Source: Hyphomicrobiales bacterium (lineage in GTDB: Bacteria > Pseudomonadota > Alphaproteobacteria > MED-G09). From it: a stretch of 64,000 nt of DNA. The DNA is taken from the NCBI GenBank assembly GCA_028339975.1, contig JAOLDG010000002.1, positions 8,302-72,301 on the forward strand, given 5' to 3'. Positions 62,481-64,000 of the stretch are shown in pieces. The translations under genes were made by a program, and so were the position numbers. Below the pieces are notes generated by a model that did not search any database, was not told where the DNA came from, and worked only from the letters and a program-made list of their open reading frames with translations. Every line of letters starts with the position of its first letter. The first letter of the stretch is position 1.

Positions 62481-63296
62481 ATGGTTTCCACAATAGGTAT
62501 ATATGCTGGCAAAGGCGTTCTTCCTTTAAAAGTTGCTCAATCCATAAAAGATTCAGGAAAAGATGTTTTCATAATTGCAATCAAGGGATTGACTGATAAA
62601 GGTGTTGAGAAATTTCCACACAGATGGATGAGGTTTGGTCAGATTGGATTAGCAATGAAAATGCTCCACAATAATTATTGTGATGAATTAGTTATTATTG
62701 GTGGAGCTCATATACCAAATTTCTTTTTACTATTCCCTGATTTCTCAGGCTTAAAATTATTCTTTTTATTGTTTAAAGTTAGAAAAAATGGCGATGCCTT
62801 AATTATTAAAACAATAATAAATTATATCGAATCTATTCAACGGATTAAAGTTGTTGGTGCTGATGTATTTCTTCAAGATTTTTTAATGCCAAAGGGTACT
62901 ATTACGAATACAGGGCTAGATAAGAAATCATTTACAGATATTAGTTTAGCAGAAGAAACTTGCACACAGTTAGGGATTGAAGACAAAGGACAGGCATGTA
63001 TAGTCTCTAACGGTAAGGTCATAGCGCTTGAAGATATTAATGGAACTGACTATATGCTTTTTAGGTCCTTTAAGGATAGCAAGGATCAATTAAAAGGAGG
63101 GTTATTAATGAAAACTCTTAAACCCATTCAGGATCCAAGAGTTGACCTTCCGACAGTAGGGATTGATACATTAAAGCTAGTTAAAAAAATTGGATTGCGA
63201 GGTATTATTTTGCAATCAAAAAAAGCCTTTCTTATTGATAAAGAAAAAATGATTGATTTTGCTAATAAAGAAAATTTATTTATTCACGGAATATAA
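62481..63296 (+). CDS. lpxI: UDP-2,3-diacylglucosamine hydrolase LpxI
   Basis: IYAGKGVLP, GQ, ALEDINGTD, KPIQDPRVDLPTVG; between lpxA and lpxB. Confidence 0.9.
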   Translation: MVSTIGIYAGKGVLPLKVAQSIKDSGKDVFIIAIKGLTDKGVEKFPHRWMRFGQIGLAMKMLHNNYCDELVIIGGAHIPNFFLLFPDFSGLKLFFLLFKVRKNGDALIIKTIINYIESIQRIKVVGADVFLQDFLMPKGTITNTGLDKKSFTDISLAEETCTQLGIEDKGQACIVSNGKVIALEDINGTDYMLFRSFKDSKDQLKGGLLMKTLKPIQDPRVDLPTVGIDTLKLVKKIGLRGIILQSKKAFLIDKEKMIDFANKENLFIHGI

Positions 63297-63305
63297 GGCT
63301 TTAAG

Positions 63306-64000
63306 TTGCAGGAAAAAAAAATTATATATTTTGTTGCTGGAGAACCCTCGGGTGACTTTATAGGAAGTGAAATTATTTCTGAACTGCTAAAAATTTATCC
63401 AAGCCCCTCCATTTATGGAGTAGGGGGTCATTACATGGAAAAATTTAGTTTTAAATCTTTATTTCCTATGAGTGATTTATCTGTCATGGGGATTTTACCA
63501 GTTCTATTAAGAATTAGATCTCTTTATAAAAGAATTAATCAAGTCGTCGAAGATATATTGAGTAAGAACCCTGATATTGTTATTTTAATAGATAGTCCTG
63601 ACTTCAATCAGCGTGTTGCTAAAAAGTTAAGGAAAAAATCTTTTAAATCAAAAATTGTCTGCTATGTTGCCCCAACTGTTTGGGCTTGGAGACAGAAAAG
63701 AGTGAAGTCTATGGCTAAAGACTTTGATCATCTCCTATCCATTCTTCCTTTTGAGGATGAGTTTTTTTCTAAGAATGGCTTGAATACGACTTATGTTGGC
63801 CACCCAGCCATACCTCTAATTAAACAATCTAATGAAAAAATATTTCGGTTAAAATATAAAATTAACGATAATCCAATTTTAATATTTTTACCTGGCAGTA
63901 GAGATTCTGAGATAAAGAGGCATGTGAAACCATTTAAAGAGGCGTTTAGTAAAATTAAAGAAACTATTCCAAATCTAACCTTAGCTATTCCTATTAACGA
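63306..64000 (+). CDS. lpxB: Lipid A disaccharide synthase, N-terminal part (runs off window end)
   Basis: Manual translation from TTG 63306: MQEKKIIYFVAGEPSGD...IDSPDFN...YVAPTVWAWR...LPFE...YVGHP...LPGSR. Confidence 0.95.
   Translation, partial: MQEKKIIYFVAGEPSGDFIGSEIISELLKIYPSPSIYGVGGHYMEKFSFKSLFPMSDLSVMGILPVLLRIRSLYKRINQVVEDILSKNPDIVILIDSPDFNQRVAKKLRKKSFKSKIVCYVAPTVWAWRQKRVKSMAKDFDHLLSILPFEDEFFSKNGLNTTYVGHPAIPLIKQSNEKIFRLKYKINDNPILIFLPGSRDSEIKRHVKPFKEAFSKIKETIPNLTLAIPIN

Overview
AT-rich (roughly 30% GC by eye), compact alphaproteobacterial chromosome segment, consistent with a streamlined marine lineage (inference). It is almost entirely core genome: partial tyrS; iscR-iscS-sufBCDS-sufT-sufA; parE; glnB followed by a type II glutamine synthetase; tRNA-Leu-tig-clpPX-lon-hupB-tRNA-Val-tRNA-Asp; the full nuoA-N operon; birA-rnj-mce-proS-lolE-lolD-dnaE; and rpsB-tsf-pyrH-frr-uppS-cdsA-dxr-rseP-bamA-skp-lpxD-fabZ-lpxA-lpxI-lpxB (partial). 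I found no mobile element, prophage, CRISPR array or defence system. Five things depart from the usual backbone: (1) a four-gene insert between tRNA-Asp and nuoA led by a small protein with the Coq4 HDxxH-x11-E motif, followed by an SDR, a coniferyl-aldehyde-dehydrogenase-like ALDH and a hydrolase; (2) GSII in the slot normally held by glnA (GSI), behind a sigma54 promoter and next to a Pat/YncA-type acetyltransferase; (3) a +1 frameshift splitting the essential proS; (4) tandem-repeat tails on trigger factor (basic) and ribosomal protein S2 (acidic); (5) a Cys-containing loop insertion in BamA. All family calls come from motif recognition; no database search was run.
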